Both the position numbers and the translations under genes were made by a program. 64,000 bases of DNA from a virus. The notes below the pieces were generated by a model that saw nothing but the letters and a program-made list of their open reading frames with translations, did not search any database and was not told the origin of the DNA. The stretch is taken from positions 1 to 64,000 of the IMG/VR virus record IMGVR_UViG_3300045988_039373; one strand, 5' to 3'. Of the stretch, positions 8,997 to 18,625 are shown in pieces; the stretch's first letter is position 1, and every line of letters begins with the position of its first letter.

Positions 8997-9552
8997 TTAT
9001 ATTCCTCTTTGCCATTCTATACCAAAGATTGATAGATTTCTCATTTGCTTCGGGGAATTTCTTTTTCATTCTCCGAATAACTCTATCAAGTTCAAAACCT
9101 TTTGCAGTTAATTCGAATACATAAGATTTCTTTGTACCCTTGATAAGATTAAATTCATCCCTCTCTCTTGGTGGTTTCTTTTCTCGAGGTTTCTTTATTC
9201 CGGGAACTCGTTTTGTTCTCCTTTGCCCATTTTCCCCCTCTTCTCCGAGAAACCCAAGCCTTAGTCGAGAATTCCTTAATGGGTCATCTTTTGAATACCC
9301 AATAGTTTCCAATTGCTTATCCATCCAATCGTCATATTTATCAATTAACGATTTATCGGGCTTCTCTTCTGATACATTGATATAATGTAATAAGTCAAAT
9401 ACCCCAGCAGAACAAGCATCAGGGAAAGGCATCCCTAATATTATTGCCTTTCTCTTTAAATCCTTATAAGTCATGTTTCTCCCAGAAGCACCAAGGAAAT
9501 TTGATTTCTCCTTGGATGGAGCTTTCATGTCTTTTCTACTCTTTTTTGCCAT
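8974..9552 (-). CDS. Hypothetical basic protein (192 aa).
   Basis: ORF track; ATG at 9550-9552, 35 nt downstream of the promoter box. Confidence 0.7.
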   Translation of the reverse strand: MAKKSRKDMKAPSKEKSNFLGASGRNMTYKDLKRKAIILGMPFPDACSAGVFDLLHYINVSEEKPDKSLIDKYDDWMDKQLETIGYSKDDPLRNSRLRLGFLGEEGENGQRRTKRVPGIKKPREKKPPRERDEFNLIKGTKKSYVFELTAKGFELDRVIRRMKKKFPEANEKSINLWYRMAKRNINGKAKGK

Positions 9553-9587
9553 ATCATTAATATTTTAAAGTATTCATTTATTTTCTT

Positions 9588-9597
9588 TGCAAATATA
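9588..9597 (-). promoter_or_regulatory. Early-promoter box TATATTTGCA, copy 4 of 5.
   Basis: tgcaaatata on the plus strand. The 17-nt stretch tgcaaatataagaataa is identical to the copy at 3138. Confidence 0.6.
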
Positions 9598-9628
9598 AGA
9601 ATAAATAATTTAATCTTATCTTATTTCT

Positions 9629-10609
9629 CTATTTATTTTTATAAAAATCCGAGGTTTTTGCTCGGTTCGCAGCAGTGGATTTAGGTTTTTTAGGCTTTCT
9701 CTTGATATGTGTGTTATAAGCCATATCCAATTTCTTAATATTGAATTCTATGTTGTTCACTTGATTATAGTTTACTGCTCTTTCCACACAGCAACGGTAC
9801 TCTGGCCAGAATTTTTGTCCAAGCTTAACAGATTCGGTTTTAATCATGAACTTAGATACCATAAAACCAAAGGTATCAGCATCATCTTTAGTTTTAAATA
9901 CATACATGTAGAATCTACTAAATTCATCTACTACTTCATCCAAAGGTCTTACTGGTAACAATAGATAACCATCGGTATATAGGTCCTCAGATATTAAAGC
10001 TACCCAATACTTTTTTTTTCCTGGTTTTACTTTATACCTAAACCTTTCCTTGAGTTTATTGTGCATCCAATCCGGTACTCTATTAAGAAGATACTTGATA
10101 TATATCTTATCCTTCTTATTCGACCGCCTTTTAAATGCAGATGGCTGTTGTAGCATCCTTGGAAGTATTCTAAAGTTATTCCACCTATCAAATTCAAGAA
10201 TTAATCTTAGAGTGTCTATGTCCCATTCATCATCAGACTCCTTTAACCTCTTCATGTTTCTCTCTATATTTTTAGAGTTTACCTTTGGGAGTAATTGAGC
10301 TGAGTCTCCTGTGAATAAGCTTGCTTCTTTTCTTTTTAATCGTTTCTCTAAACATCCATCCATATAATCTTGGAAATTCCTCTCACAGGGGCAATCTGGT
10401 CGAAAAATAGAAGTGTGTTTCTCAAAAAAATCCGAGAATAGCCTAAAGAATTTCTCTGACCGTTCCCGGATTTCAAGATACTTGTAATGAGATAACTTTA
10501 AAATTTCACCAGCTTCCCATGAAGATTTACTTTCTGATAGTTGAAGGAATAATGATTGTTGTTCTTTATCAATTAAACAACTCCAGGCTTTTTGTTGAGC
10601 TTCGTTCAT
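9629..10609 (-). CDS. Hypothetical protein (326 aa) with a possible N-terminal sigma-region-4/LuxR-like HTH.
   Basis: QQSLFLQLSESKSSWEAGEILKLSHYKYLEIRERSEKF resembles an HTH by eye. It sits directly downstream of the NusG-like gene. Confidence 0.45.
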   Translation of the reverse strand: MNEAQQKAWSCLIDKEQQSLFLQLSESKSSWEAGEILKLSHYKYLEIRERSEKFFRLFSDFFEKHTSIFRPDCPCERNFQDYMDGCLEKRLKRKEASLFTGDSAQLLPKVNSKNIERNMKRLKESDDEWDIDTLRLILEFDRWNNFRILPRMLQQPSAFKRRSNKKDKIYIKYLLNRVPDWMHNKLKERFRYKVKPGKKKYWVALISEDLYTDGYLLLPVRPLDEVVDEFSRFYMYVFKTKDDADTFGFMVSKFMIKTESVKLGQKFWPEYRCCVERAVNYNQVNNIEFNIKKLDMAYNTHIKRKPKKPKSTAANRAKTSDFYKNK

Positions 10610-10613
10610 AATA

Positions 10614-11330
10614 TTAAATTCTCCTATATCTCATTATACTATCAATTGCTTCATTGGTTATCTGATTAGGGTCATATTCCCCAGAATTAGCATAAAGCTT
10701 ATCTGGGTCATGATTTAAATATACACTATAGATAACGTTGTCAAAAGGTAACCATACTTCCATTCTTCCCATTTCAGGGTATATAAGAACTTTTACTCTT
10801 TTACAAAGATGGTCAACCTCTAATACTGTAGCATCTACTCCCTCATAAGGATAACCCCGTAATACTAAGTAATCTCCAGGCTTTACATTGACTAAATCAT
10901 CTACTGAAAACTTCTTATTCTCTCTAGCAATACGTTTAAATCGCCTTACTTCTTTTCTACTACAAGTAGCCACTAAAGAGAAATCATCAAAGTCTTCTGC
11001 ATTGTCAATCCTTACCTTTTTCTTTCTTGGGTGCATTGTCTCGGTATTACGTAACCAAGTTCTGATACCAGATATATTCCTACGTAACTTATTAAGAAAG
11101 GGCCTTGAGAATGCTAATTTAGTGGGCATTCTCATAAAACCATAATTGAATAATACTGGTACTTCTTCGAATACCATCTTACCCTTTGTGGTTTTTCTTA
11201 ATACGTTTATCATAGGAATAATTGCCTTGATTTGGTCATACCCCTTTTCTTTGAGTTCTTTATTGATTTTATCACAGTACTTCCTTTCAAGGTAAAATAT
11301 ACAATATGAGTATGGGGTATGCTTCTTCAT
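10614..11330 (-). CDS. NusG/RfaH/UpxY-like transcription elongation (antitermination) factor.
   Basis: NGN-like N-terminus (YCIFYLERKYCDKINKELKE ... PVLFNYGFMRM). KOW-like C-terminus (VKPGDYLVLRGYPYEGVDATVLEVDHLCKRVKVLIYPEMGRMEVWLPFDNV) aligns with E. coli NusG [51 protein letters not shown], quoted from memory. Confidence 0.65.
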   Translation of the reverse strand: MKKHTPYSYCIFYLERKYCDKINKELKEKGYDQIKAIIPMINVLRKTTKGKMVFEEVPVLFNYGFMRMPTKLAFSRPFLNKLRRNISGIRTWLRNTETMHPRKKKVRIDNAEDFDDFSLVATCSRKEVRRFKRIARENKKFSVDDLVNVKPGDYLVLRGYPYEGVDATVLEVDHLCKRVKVLIYPEMGRMEVWLPFDNVIYSVYLNHDPDKLYANSGEYDPNQITNEAIDSIMRYRRI

Positions 11331-11333
11331 AGG

Positions 11334-11867
11334 TTACCGGTTTTTAAGAATTAACTTAGCTTGTTTATGTACTAACTTATAGTTTACATTCTTCAATATA
11401 TCACTAGCCATGAATACATAAAGAATCTCATCTATCTTTGGTACATCAATTACCATAATATTGGCTTTATCGAATAGGGGTTTATAGAATACGGAAGATA
11501 AATCCTTTCCAACTACAAAGAAAAATTCTTCTGATGGCATTGAATTATATCTCATACAGAGTATGGGAACTTTATTTGCTCTTTTTGCATCCTTAGAAGC
11601 TTGTTCCCAGAATTTCAATATATCGCATCCCTTATTACCTAAGAGTAGATGTTCAAACTTAATCTCTTTATAATTCTTGCATTCGATAGATATCTTACAT
11701 CTATGAGCATGCCTTTCATCAGTACAGGTTAAATCGGAAGTGGAGTCCTTGTTTGAATGCCAAGCTCCACTCCCTGCTCTATTCCTTTCAAATTTGTACC
11801 CGGTCCATTTCGTAAAAAACCCGGCAATTTTTCTTTCGAATCGATTTCCTTTATTCTTAGAGTTCAT
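11334..11867 (-). CDS. PD-(D/E)XK nuclease resembling an archaeal-type Holliday junction resolvase.
   Basis: KGNRFERKIAGFF ... DLTCTD ... ISIECKNY (GxxFE, D, ExK pattern). Confidence 0.5.
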   Translation of the reverse strand: MNSKNKGNRFERKIAGFFTKWTGYKFERNRAGSGAWHSNKDSTSDLTCTDERHAHRCKISIECKNYKEIKFEHLLLGNKGCDILKFWEQASKDAKRANKVPILCMRYNSMPSEEFFFVVGKDLSSVFYKPLFDKANIMVIDVPKIDEILYVFMASDILKNVNYKLVHKQAKLILKNR

Positions 11868-11898
11868 AATATAATGGTGTATTGTATTTTATATACCA

Positions 11899-13611
11899 TT
11901 ATAGTAATTGGTACCTACTCAGGCCTTGGGTCTTTTCCACTTGCAGAATTTTGGTATTACCAAGAGGAAGTGAATCTAAGTGGGTTATCAAGAATAGAGT
12001 TTTCTCTTTGAATATGTGACGTATTAGTGAGGTAACTACTTCTACGTTATCTGAACTTAAAGATTCAAATACCTCATCGAGAAATGCTAAGTTAATACCC
12101 TTAGAAGCCGTAAGAGCTTCATTCATTGCAAATGCCATTGCAACATTACATAATTGTTTTTCTCCACCGCTAAGTTCATCATAATTAATTATTTGCCCAT
12201 CCCTTTCAATAAGAGTAACAAATTCTTTTCTAGCAGTGCCCAAATCAATATTAAATTCAATCCTAAATCCCAATACCTCTGAATACTTATCAAGGCATTT
12301 ATTTAAGAACTCAAGGGATGAATCAAATAGATAAGCCTTAATCCCATTATTACCCAATGGGTCATTAATTAACCAGTTATAATTCTCTAACTCTAACTCT
12401 TTATTGTGAAAGTCTTCATCAACCTTCCGTAAATTCTTCCTAATCTCCTTAAGTTTTTGTTTATACTTTGGAGACATGACCTTAAGCTTTTCTTGCTTGA
12501 GCTTAGCCAGGTCTTCGTCAATAGAAGCAATATCAGAAGCAATATCATCACAGTCTGATTTTAATTTCTTATACCTATTATTTACACTACTAAGTTCTTC
12601 CAACCTTTCTAATGCCTCCTGATACTCCTTATCGTATTTATCAAGGTCAGAGAACGCTTTATATATTGATTTGGCATCACGTAATGCACGTTTGTAGTGA
12701 CCTTCTTCTAACTGTATTACTAATTCTTTAATTACTTTCTTAAGAGGTACATTTGATAAATTCTTGGCATCTTTTATCTTACCCCTCAAATCAAGGATTA
12801 GTTCATTTTGTTTTTTAATCTTTATCTGAAGCGAAGCATCTACTTCATCCTTGATTTGTTTTTGTTTTTCAATTAGTAGCTTAGTTAGCTTTTCTCTATC
12901 TTGCTTTAACTCTCTTCTTTCTTCTTTGATTTTTTGCTTGAAGGATTTTTCTCTATCTCTCATATCGAAGTAAGCTTCCTTGTTAGCCTCTAATTCTTTC
13001 TTAAGCATTTGAGACTCATGCTCTACCTCGTTTATTTGAGATATCAAGTTATTTTTATCTTGTAATGCAATGCCTTTAGCAAGGTTTAAGAACTCTAAAT
13101 CAAATACTTCTTCGAATATCTTTTTCTTATCCGAATTAGATTCTTGTATAAGTCTCTTTATACCCTGACCAAACATGATTGAGTTCATAAACAGAGTATA
13201 TGATAAACCTATCTCTCTGTTTATAAAATCCTGTATCTTCCCCTTCCCTTTTATATCGACTATATCTCCATCTTTCATGAAGATAAGTCTGTCTTTGCCT
13301 TTAGCACCATCCTCAAGTACTTCATCATACTTTTGACATCTAACTATCTTATATGTATGAGAATCTTTCTGAAAATATACTTGTACCTTAGTACCCTTGT
13401 AATCTTTAGGCCTTACTTGCTTCCAAGTATTTACCTCAGAAACACCCTTTAGGTTTTTCCCATATATTGCCCATACCAAGGCAGAGAGAATAGTTGATTT
13501 CCCTTTCCCATTTGGGGCCTTGATAAGTATGGTACAAGTGGGGTTTAATTGTAGATGTAAGGATTCTATTGAACAAAATCCTTCTGCCTCTAAGTTTAAG
13601 AACGTTAACAT
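11899..13611 (-). CDS. SbcC/Rad50-like ATPase (T4 gp46-like recombination nuclease subunit).
   Basis: Walker A KAPNGKGKSTIL, a long coiled-coil middle, signature LSGGEKQL and Walker B LAFLDEVF. Confidence 0.85.
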   Translation of the reverse strand: MLTFLNLEAEGFCSIESLHLQLNPTCTILIKAPNGKGKSTILSALVWAIYGKNLKGVSEVNTWKQVRPKDYKGTKVQVYFQKDSHTYKIVRCQKYDEVLEDGAKGKDRLIFMKDGDIVDIKGKGKIQDFINREIGLSYTLFMNSIMFGQGIKRLIQESNSDKKKIFEEVFDLEFLNLAKGIALQDKNNLISQINEVEHESQMLKKELEANKEAYFDMRDREKSFKQKIKEERRELKQDREKLTKLLIEKQKQIKDEVDASLQIKIKKQNELILDLRGKIKDAKNLSNVPLKKVIKELVIQLEEGHYKRALRDAKSIYKAFSDLDKYDKEYQEALERLEELSSVNNRYKKLKSDCDDIASDIASIDEDLAKLKQEKLKVMSPKYKQKLKEIRKNLRKVDEDFHNKELELENYNWLINDPLGNNGIKAYLFDSSLEFLNKCLDKYSEVLGFRIEFNIDLGTARKEFVTLIERDGQIINYDELSGGEKQLCNVAMAFAMNEALTASKGINLAFLDEVFESLSSDNVEVVTSLIRHIFKEKTLFLITHLDSLPLGNTKILQVEKTQGLSRYQLL

Positions 13612-14579
13612 GACTCAGCCTTTTTAAGTGTTTCAATTAATAGATTAGTTTTAACCTCATCTTTAATACCTTTCTCTCTTAGGTATCTCTTTGCTAGAGA
13701 CTTCTTAGAAAGTTGCTTAGTAATCTTATGTTTGTTATTAACTGGAGTACTAGCTTTTTGAGGGATTACCGTATAATAATTGCCATCATCATTAATATCC
13801 TCTTCCCTTTCTACATCGATGAACTTTGGGAAATTTTTCAAAAGTACAAACTTCAGAGACAAATCTTCATAGATTTTCCAATACCCTAATTCACAATCTC
13901 TATCGGTTCTCCTTTGATGGTTAGGTGCCCCAATCATATAAACCTTCTTTGATAATCTTTGAGGTTTGTGTATATGACCACATAATACTAAATCGAATTT
14001 ATTGAGAACATTTACATTTAAGTTTTCTACGGAATCTATCTCTCTACCATCGGTATCCTTTGCACCGGGATAATCAGTGTGTAGTAAAAGAATATTCTTT
14101 TTACTTTTATCTAATTCTAACTTCTTTAAGTATTCACTTAGACCCACGTTATTATCAATATAAGGAACCCCATATACCATAATATCTTTATGTGTAGAAG
14201 ATAGTTGGGTTTTTTCATAATCTAATATATAAATCCCATACCTTTCTACTCTATAAAGCCAGCTATAGGGAGGTGTACCAGCTTTACTTACCTTCTTGAT
14301 GTCATGATTCCCTGAAATAGCGTATACCCATAGAGGGTCATAATCATTGTACTTATTAAATTCTTTATAGCATATCTCATCAAGTTCTTGGTCCATATTC
14401 TCGGGCTTATGAAATAAGTCCCCACAGAATAAAGCTGGGCAATTATACTTCCTACATTGTTTTTGTATAATCGACAAAACCCTGAAACTATTCAGGGTCC
14501 TGTGATTATTCTCATTGAACTTAGCCCAGAGATTAATATGCAAATCTGAAAAGGCTATTGCTATTACTTCTTTCCCCAT
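13605..14579 (-). CDS. SbcD/Mre11-like nuclease (T4 gp47-like).
   Basis: Calcineurin-like phosphoesterase motifs FSDLH, GDLFH, GNHD, LLLHTD and GHIH. Confidence 0.85.
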   Translation of the reverse strand: MGKEVIAIAFSDLHINLWAKFNENNHRTLNSFRVLSIIQKQCRKYNCPALFCGDLFHKPENMDQELDEICYKEFNKYNDYDPLWVYAISGNHDIKKVSKAGTPPYSWLYRVERYGIYILDYEKTQLSSTHKDIMVYGVPYIDNNVGLSEYLKKLELDKSKKNILLLHTDYPGAKDTDGREIDSVENLNVNVLNKFDLVLCGHIHKPQRLSKKVYMIGAPNHQRRTDRDCELGYWKIYEDLSLKFVLLKNFPKFIDVEREEDINDDGNYYTVIPQKASTPVNNKHKITKQLSKKSLAKRYLREKGIKDEVKTNLLIETLKKAESC

Positions 14580-15151
14580 ATCCTATCTAAATGGTAATTG
14601 ATTTGTTCCGTTCTCATACCTAAATCGAGCTCAGATATACAAATAGTGGGTATTTCCCAATTTGCAAGCAATTCCCCCATAAGAGATGATATCTGAACTT
14701 GGAAGAATCTGTTAAGTATTCTCTTACCATTATCTTCCATTGACCAATGCTTATAAGTATCTAGATTTAATGGTAAGAAGATTGCTACATCACATTGATC
14801 TTCCATTAAAGTCTTACATTGACAGAAAAAATGTTCCATTTCACATTCTGGTAAAGTTCTTGATTGCTTATACCAGAAATAAGCAGCCAAATCTGCATAA
14901 CTCCTATCAGTTACGAAGTATTCTCTATCCTTGAATAACCTATTCCTTTTGTTCAGAAGTTGAAAATCTGCTTTATACATTGCCTCCGAACCGAGGGATA
15001 ATATTTCATTATGTGATACCCCTTCAGTAGCAGGTAATAAATCTGACATACTACCAGAAATAAAAGGTAGATCTTCTCTCTTAGCTACATACTTAGCTAA
15101 AGTAGTTTTCCCTATACCTGAGGGACCTACAAACATTATACGTTTACTCAT
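14564..15151 (-). CDS. P-loop NTPase resembling a nucleoside or nucleotide kinase.
   Basis: FVGPSGIGKTTLAKY (Walker A). FVTDRSYADLAAY resembles the DRS motif of deoxynucleoside/dNMP kinases. Function is tentative. Confidence 0.5.
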   Translation of the reverse strand: MSKRIMFVGPSGIGKTTLAKYVAKREDLPFISGSMSDLLPATEGVSHNEILSLGSEAMYKADFQLLNKRNRLFKDREYFVTDRSYADLAAYFWYKQSRTLPECEMEHFFCQCKTLMEDQCDVAIFLPLNLDTYKHWSMEDNGKRILNRFFQVQISSLMGELLANWEIPTICISELDLGMRTEQINYHLDRIWGKK

Positions 15152-16016
15152 GATGTAATTCTTTAAAGGGTTTTATAAATTCATTTGTCAAGAAGGATGC
15201 TAAAGAGTATTCGATACAAAGCTCTTTGAATTTCTCATACTTAAACTTCTTCTTTGACTTAATTGGTAACTTATCCAATGGGTTATGTCTTACAAACCAG
15301 AAAAGGTCGATTAACTGTTCATTCCTTTTCCATATTTGAAGATATTCTTTATTCTTACTCTGGGCAATAAACTTCTCAATTCTACCCTCATCAAGGATTT
15401 TCCTTGCCTTTACTGGTCCTATACCCGGGAACCCTGGTATATCATCGGAAGTATCTCCAACCATTGCAAGGTGCTCTACCGTTTCATGAGAATGATAACC
15501 GAATAATTCTTTGCAGTTATCCATTCTTATCATCTCATCTTTTCTAGGATTATATATCCTCAGGTTATTTGATAGCAACTGGTTAAAGTCTTTATCCGAT
15601 GATATAAGTATCATTTTCTCGGATTGGAATTTTTTAATTGCAAGGTATGCTAAGAAGTCATCCCCTTCATATACTGTAGATTTCTTTTTATCGAAGATAT
15701 AATTAATTCTTAGCATACCCAGCATTTTCATTATAATTGCCTTTTGCTTTTGCAATGATTCGTAATCTACAGATATATTTTTTCTATGTCCCTTATAATT
15801 GGGCAATAACTTCGTCCTTACTGGTGAATGACCATTATCGAATGAAATATAAACCTCATCCGGTTCGAACCTTGTAAGATACATATGTAGAGATTTGAAA
15901 AATCCGAATATTGCCCCACTCGGTTTGCCATCGGTAGATTTAAGTTTTTCGAACTTATGAAAAGACTGATGGAGAATATTCTCCCCATCAATCAGTAATA
16001 TTGTTTTCTTGCTCAT
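15144..16016 (-). CDS. 5'-3' exonuclease / flap endonuclease (T4 RNase H-like, FEN family).
   Basis: PIN-like N-terminus ILLIDGENILHQSF and H3TH motif GDTSDDIPGFPGIGPVKARKIL. Confidence 0.85.
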   Translation of the reverse strand: MSKKTILLIDGENILHQSFHKFEKLKSTDGKPSGAIFGFFKSLHMYLTRFEPDEVYISFDNGHSPVRTKLLPNYKGHRKNISVDYESLQKQKAIIMKMLGMLRINYIFDKKKSTVYEGDDFLAYLAIKKFQSEKMILISSDKDFNQLLSNNLRIYNPRKDEMIRMDNCKELFGYHSHETVEHLAMVGDTSDDIPGFPGIGPVKARKILDEGRIEKFIAQSKNKEYLQIWKRNEQLIDLFWFVRHNPLDKLPIKSKKKFKYEKFKELCIEYSLASFLTNEFIKPFKELHHE

Positions 16017-16198
16017 CGTCCAAAATCTAATTCATAAAGTGAAACTTCTTGAATCTTTTCCTCTCCAAGATATACATCTAAATAATTCTCTGGTTGGCTA
16101 TAAGCATCTAGATACCTAACCCTAGATTCCATTCTCAAATTTTTCTTAAGGTACTCTTTAATTACTTTCTCTATACCTTCTACCTCTTTCTTATTCAT
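16013..16198 (-). CDS. Hypothetical protein (61 aa).
   Basis: The track ORF is trimmed to the ATG at 16196-16198 (MNKKEVEG), which overlaps the upstream stop by 8 nt. Confidence 0.5.
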   Translation of the reverse strand: MNKKEVEGIEKVIKEYLKKNLRMESRVRYLDAYSQPENYLDVYLGEEKIQEVSLYELDFGR

Positions 16199-17336
16199 CG
16201 TCTTCCTCCTCCTCTTCTGAATCTGAATAGTTTTCATATTCTACACCATCGACTGGGAATATATTTGTTTCTATCTTCTCCAGTTGCTTTTTAGTAGTAC
16301 CTATGGTATTTACTCCGGCTTTCCGTAAAAGTTTTCTACGAAGTTCATCGTCTTCTTCCAAAAGCTTTTGGAATTTCTCTTCCCCTCTTGCAAGAGTTTT
16401 CCCTTTCAATTTATACCCACCAGTAGTTTTTTCGATTACATCGGTATCTACTAATACATCCTCTAAAGCATAGCATCTATCAAATCCAACCTCATGGAAT
16501 TTAGGGTTGAAATATACTGGGCATTTACTAATTGTAGGTCTAGGAGGAGCAACCTTATTTTTAATAAGTCTAATTGTGACAAGTTTTCCAGCTTTCCTTT
16601 CTTTCCCATTTTGTTTGATGGTAACAGACCTTCCCGAATAGAAAGCAGCTCTGATTGAAGCATAGAATTTGAGTGCAGCACCTCCTGTAGTTGTTGTGTT
16701 ATCTTTTCCAAATCCGACATTTAAAGCAGTTCTTAATTGGTTAATATAAATCTGAGATACTCCCAGCTTGTAGAATAACTCACTTCTGATACGGAAGTAT
16801 TTGTAAAGAGCCTTTGCTCTACCTCCCATTTCTGCTTTACCATCAACCATCTTAGCATCTATATTATCTGTACAGTCTGTAGCTGCAATAGAATCAATTA
16901 CTAAGAGTATCGGTTCATTGTGAGTTAATTGAGAACGTAAATATATTGCTAAGTCTGCCACTACGTCTGCAATATATTCAATACGGGTATCATTAACAAT
17001 GGTTACTCTTGCGGGGTCTACCCCATTTATTTCAGCCCAAGAATTCATCCAGGATTGTTCAGCATCTACCCATATCACATGACCTCCAAGTTGTTGAGTA
17101 GCATAAGCAAAGTTATAAGCCACCAAAGATTTACCAGAGGATTCTTCTCCAGCAATCTCTACGATTTTACCATAAGGAATACCCTTACCAAATAAGTAGT
17201 TCAGAGCAAAGAAAGTAGATGGTATATATAAATCAGTATCAGTAACTTCTGAAGCTAATTTAATCATACTTCCATATTTCTTTGCCATCTCATTTGCTGT
17301 TGGTACTTTTAAACCAACCTTAGATTTCTTTGCCAT
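16191..17336 (-). CDS. RecA/UvsX-like recombinase.
   Basis: Walker A GEESSGKS, Walker B LLVIDSIAA, and an acidic C-terminal tail SDSEEEEEDDE. Confidence 0.85.
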   Translation of the reverse strand: MAKKSKVGLKVPTANEMAKKYGSMIKLASEVTDTDLYIPSTFFALNYLFGKGIPYGKIVEIAGEESSGKSLVAYNFAYATQQLGGHVIWVDAEQSWMNSWAEINGVDPARVTIVNDTRIEYIADVVADLAIYLRSQLTHNEPILLVIDSIAATDCTDNIDAKMVDGKAEMGGRAKALYKYFRIRSELFYKLGVSQIYINQLRTALNVGFGKDNTTTTGGAALKFYASIRAAFYSGRSVTIKQNGKERKAGKLVTIRLIKNKVAPPRPTISKCPVYFNPKFHEVGFDRCYALEDVLVDTDVIEKTTGGYKLKGKTLARGEEKFQKLLEEDDELRRKLLRKAGVNTIGTTKKQLEKIETNIFPVDGVEYENYSDSEEEEEDDE

Positions 17337-17358
17337 AATGTAATGTCTTTAAACTAAA

Positions 17359-17394
17359 GAAGGTGATAACAGAACGAATCTAATTACCACCTTC
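17359..17394 (-). terminator. Candidate intrinsic terminator after the SSB-like gene.
   Basis: A 7-bp stem GAAGGTG (17359-17365) pairs with CACCTTC (17388-17394) around a 22-nt loop, between the stop at 17418 and the next start at 17336. Confidence 0.4.
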
Positions 17395-17417
17395 GAATGA
17401 AACCATATTACTAACCC

Positions 17418-18227
17418 TTAAATATCCGATTTGTATTTTCTTTTCTTTTTCTTGGGTTCATCATCTTCCATGTAATGGTCTTTGTGAACTCCCTTTTTCT
17501 TTTTCTTCTTGGATTTATCATCATCATCGTCATCCCCATGGTCTTCGTTTAGATACTGTGAAAGTAAATCTTCCAACTCATCATAGGATTTGATTTGAGA
17601 ACGAACTATCCCCTCAAGGTCAATTGTACCTTGATATTTCTTGTCCAACTTAGTTGGTTTGCAAGCACGAGCAGAATAAGTGGTATCTAGTTTACCAGAC
17701 CCGGAACGAATTATCTTGATATCGTATCCAGTTTTTGGATCTGTCATATCACCTGCCTCATCTTCATCAAGGTAAAGGTCAATGATATCCTGGTATACTG
17801 AGCGAGGAACTAAAACTCCCTTATCTTTGCCTTCGTAATCTACCTTACTACCCTTTTCATCTGAGTAAATGATACCACCGATAACATATCTTCTTCTTGG
17901 TACCAGGTTCTTGGCAAGTTCCTTGTCATCTTCATCCTTGGAGTTTTTCAATTCTTGGTATTTCTCCATGAATGGGCAAGGTTCATCAAAAGTAGCCGGA
18001 GATATAACTCCTCCCAAATTGCCACCCAGGTAGAATTGAATAATTTCGATACCCAATTCTTGGTCATCACCCGGAGATTTAATTCTCATCCTCAGAGTTC
18101 CCTCTTTTGGATATACTAACCCACTACCATTTCCCTTGGATTCTAGCTGTTTCTTTCTAGCTAGCATCTTTTCTTTTGTAGAAAGTCCCTCTGATGAAAC
18201 TTTCTTTTTCTTCTTGTCTTTTATCAT
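17418..18227 (-). CDS. gp32-like ssDNA-binding protein (tentative).
   Basis: It lies next to the UvsX-like gene and has the by-eye gp32 pattern (GTLRMRIKSPGDD ... EPCPF ... PRRRYVIGGIIYSDE ... DPKTGYDIKIIRSG). The C-terminus is DHGDDDDDDKSKKKKKKG ... PKKKKRKYKSDI. Confidence 0.5.
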   Translation of the reverse strand: MIKDKKKKKVSSEGLSTKEKMLARKKQLESKGNGSGLVYPKEGTLRMRIKSPGDDQELGIEIIQFYLGGNLGGVISPATFDEPCPFMEKYQELKNSKDEDDKELAKNLVPRRRYVIGGIIYSDEKGSKVDYEGKDKGVLVPRSVYQDIIDLYLDEDEAGDMTDPKTGYDIKIIRSGSGKLDTTYSARACKPTKLDKKYQGTIDLEGIVRSQIKSYDELEDLLSQYLNEDHGDDDDDDKSKKKKKKGVHKDHYMEDDEPKKKKRKYKSDI

Positions 18228-18238
18228 AATGATTAGTT

Positions 18239-18625
18239 TTAATTATTCGGTTCTGAGTAAACTACTTCGTTCATACTCAATACGGTAAGAACGTTTTTCT
18301 CTAAGATCTTTTGAAGAGCAGGAGATAATTTATCTGTTTCGAATTCAAGTTCTTTACCCGCATACAAACCATAGGTAACTATCCTACCTATGCCCACCAA
18401 TTCCCGATAGGTTTTATATTCTTCTGTAATCTCCCCACTCTTTACTACAACTCCTTTACGAGGAACTCCCTCTTTTACTTGTTCAGGGATAATCAAACCC
18501 GATTTAGTTTGGTTTACCTCCTTTGGAGATAAAATAAGTACCCGGTTTTCTGTAGGGCATCCAGGTAATTCTTGATTAAATTTCTCAGCCACAAGAGGTG
18601 AGATAAATGTCATTGAATAATTCAT
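18239..18625 (-). CDS. GroES-like co-chaperonin (T4 gp31 analogue; tentative).
   Basis: RVLILSPKEVNQTKSGLIIPEQVKEGVPRKGVVVKSGE ... IGRIVTYGLYAGKELEF follows the GroES pattern. Confidence 0.5.
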   Translation of the reverse strand: MNYSMTFISPLVAEKFNQELPGCPTENRVLILSPKEVNQTKSGLIIPEQVKEGVPRKGVVVKSGEITEEYKTYRELVGIGRIVTYGLYAGKELEFETDKLSPALQKILEKNVLTVLSMNEVVYSEPNN

